NCBI GenBank assembly: GCA_030390025.1
Contig: CM059438.1
Span: 69,070,001-69,134,000 of the forward strand
Length of the DNA: 64,000 nucleotides
Origin: Squalus acanthias
Lineage: Eukaryota
Reading direction: 5' to 3'
The notes below the pieces were generated by a model. The model did no database searches and was not told the DNA's origin. It was given only the letters and a program-made list of their open reading frames with translations. Positions 63,354 to 64,000 of the stretch are shown here, one piece after another (the first letter of the stretch is position 1; every line of letters starts with the position of its first letter). The translations under genes were made by a program, and so were the position numbers.

Positions 63354-64000
63354 GCCTCCCCCACCACTCGACCTACCTGCTCCTCCACTGCACCCTTCTG
63401 CTGCCGGCTTTCCCACCCGACAGGCAGCCAGCCTGTCAATCGGTTTAGAGCAAGTCCTGCAGTTAAGACTGCAGGATGGTCGGGAAACCCATATTTCCGT
63501 GTTTCTCATCCGTAACTCCTGCCCACCTGCTCCGAATGCGTGGCTCAGTAAATATTGCTGCCTTTATCCCTGGCAATTCAGCCCTCCCTCCGTGCGGCCT
63601 AGATTATGTACTCAAGATGTGGAGTATAACAGCACACATTGTGTGTCATAAAGGATACTTGCAAATATTTTAATCCTGTAACAAAATGCAGTGTTTTGGC
63701 TTTTGACGTAAACTTTGAGCAGATGACAGTCACATAATACACATTGCAGCCTTTGTTCTTTGGCACATCTTGTCTAGAATGTGTCCATTTTTTAAAGCCA
63801 GTATTCGTTCTGAAGCTCAATGTGAGAAACCTGTGCATCCCTGAAGGACAGGAACGCGATTGGAAGATGGTGGCTGACTCGGAGAGACGTTGAAGCTAAT
63901 GAAAATGAACAGGTGTTATTATGATGAAACAGCTCTGAGGGTGATAAAGGGTCGCAGCAAAAAAAAAAGTAATTATCTGCCACTTTCTGTGCCAACAGTT

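Larger units (their letters stand above)
59096..63560. mobile_element. Harbinger-type MITE (59096-~59530 and probably ~63355-63560) split by LINE family B
   Basis: Left TIR GGGGTAATTTTAACC as at 32485, with a C-rich tract on both sides of the LINE. Right boundary uncertain. Confidence 0.55.

Noticed and set aside
1..64000. CRISPR arrays, operons or prokaryotic defence systems
   Set aside because: The sequence is vertebrate repeat-rich DNA with no regularly spaced repeat-spacer arrays and no long intact ORFs.

Overview
Vertebrate, almost certainly cartilaginous-fish (shark-like), non-coding DNA. The lineage call rests on an HE1-type V-SINE and several SacSINE1-like DeuSINEs. Roughly two thirds of the window is transposon-derived: decayed CR1, L2 and RTE LINEs, a second CR1-group LINE family, Penelope-like elements, two solo LTRs with 4-bp TSDs, and many PIF/Harbinger elements. 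The Harbingers include remnants carrying transposase plus Myb/SANT genes and TIR-only MITEs, often nested three or four deep. I could not support any host protein-coding exon, tRNA or rRNA gene, so this looks like a large intron or intergenic region. The most notable signals are: (1) two minimal hammerhead ribozymes with complete cores in different Penelope termini; (2) a phase-0 intron at the same position in the Myb gene of four divergent Harbinger families; (3) clustered consensus 5' splice sites (U1-complementary) inside Harbinger MITEs; (4) an old non-TE duplication that only appears after excising a 5.7-kb nest; (5) a twin-priming-type inverted RTE; (6) a 3'-truncated CR1 flanked by 12-bp direct repeats. 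Family names come from motif recognition, not database searches.
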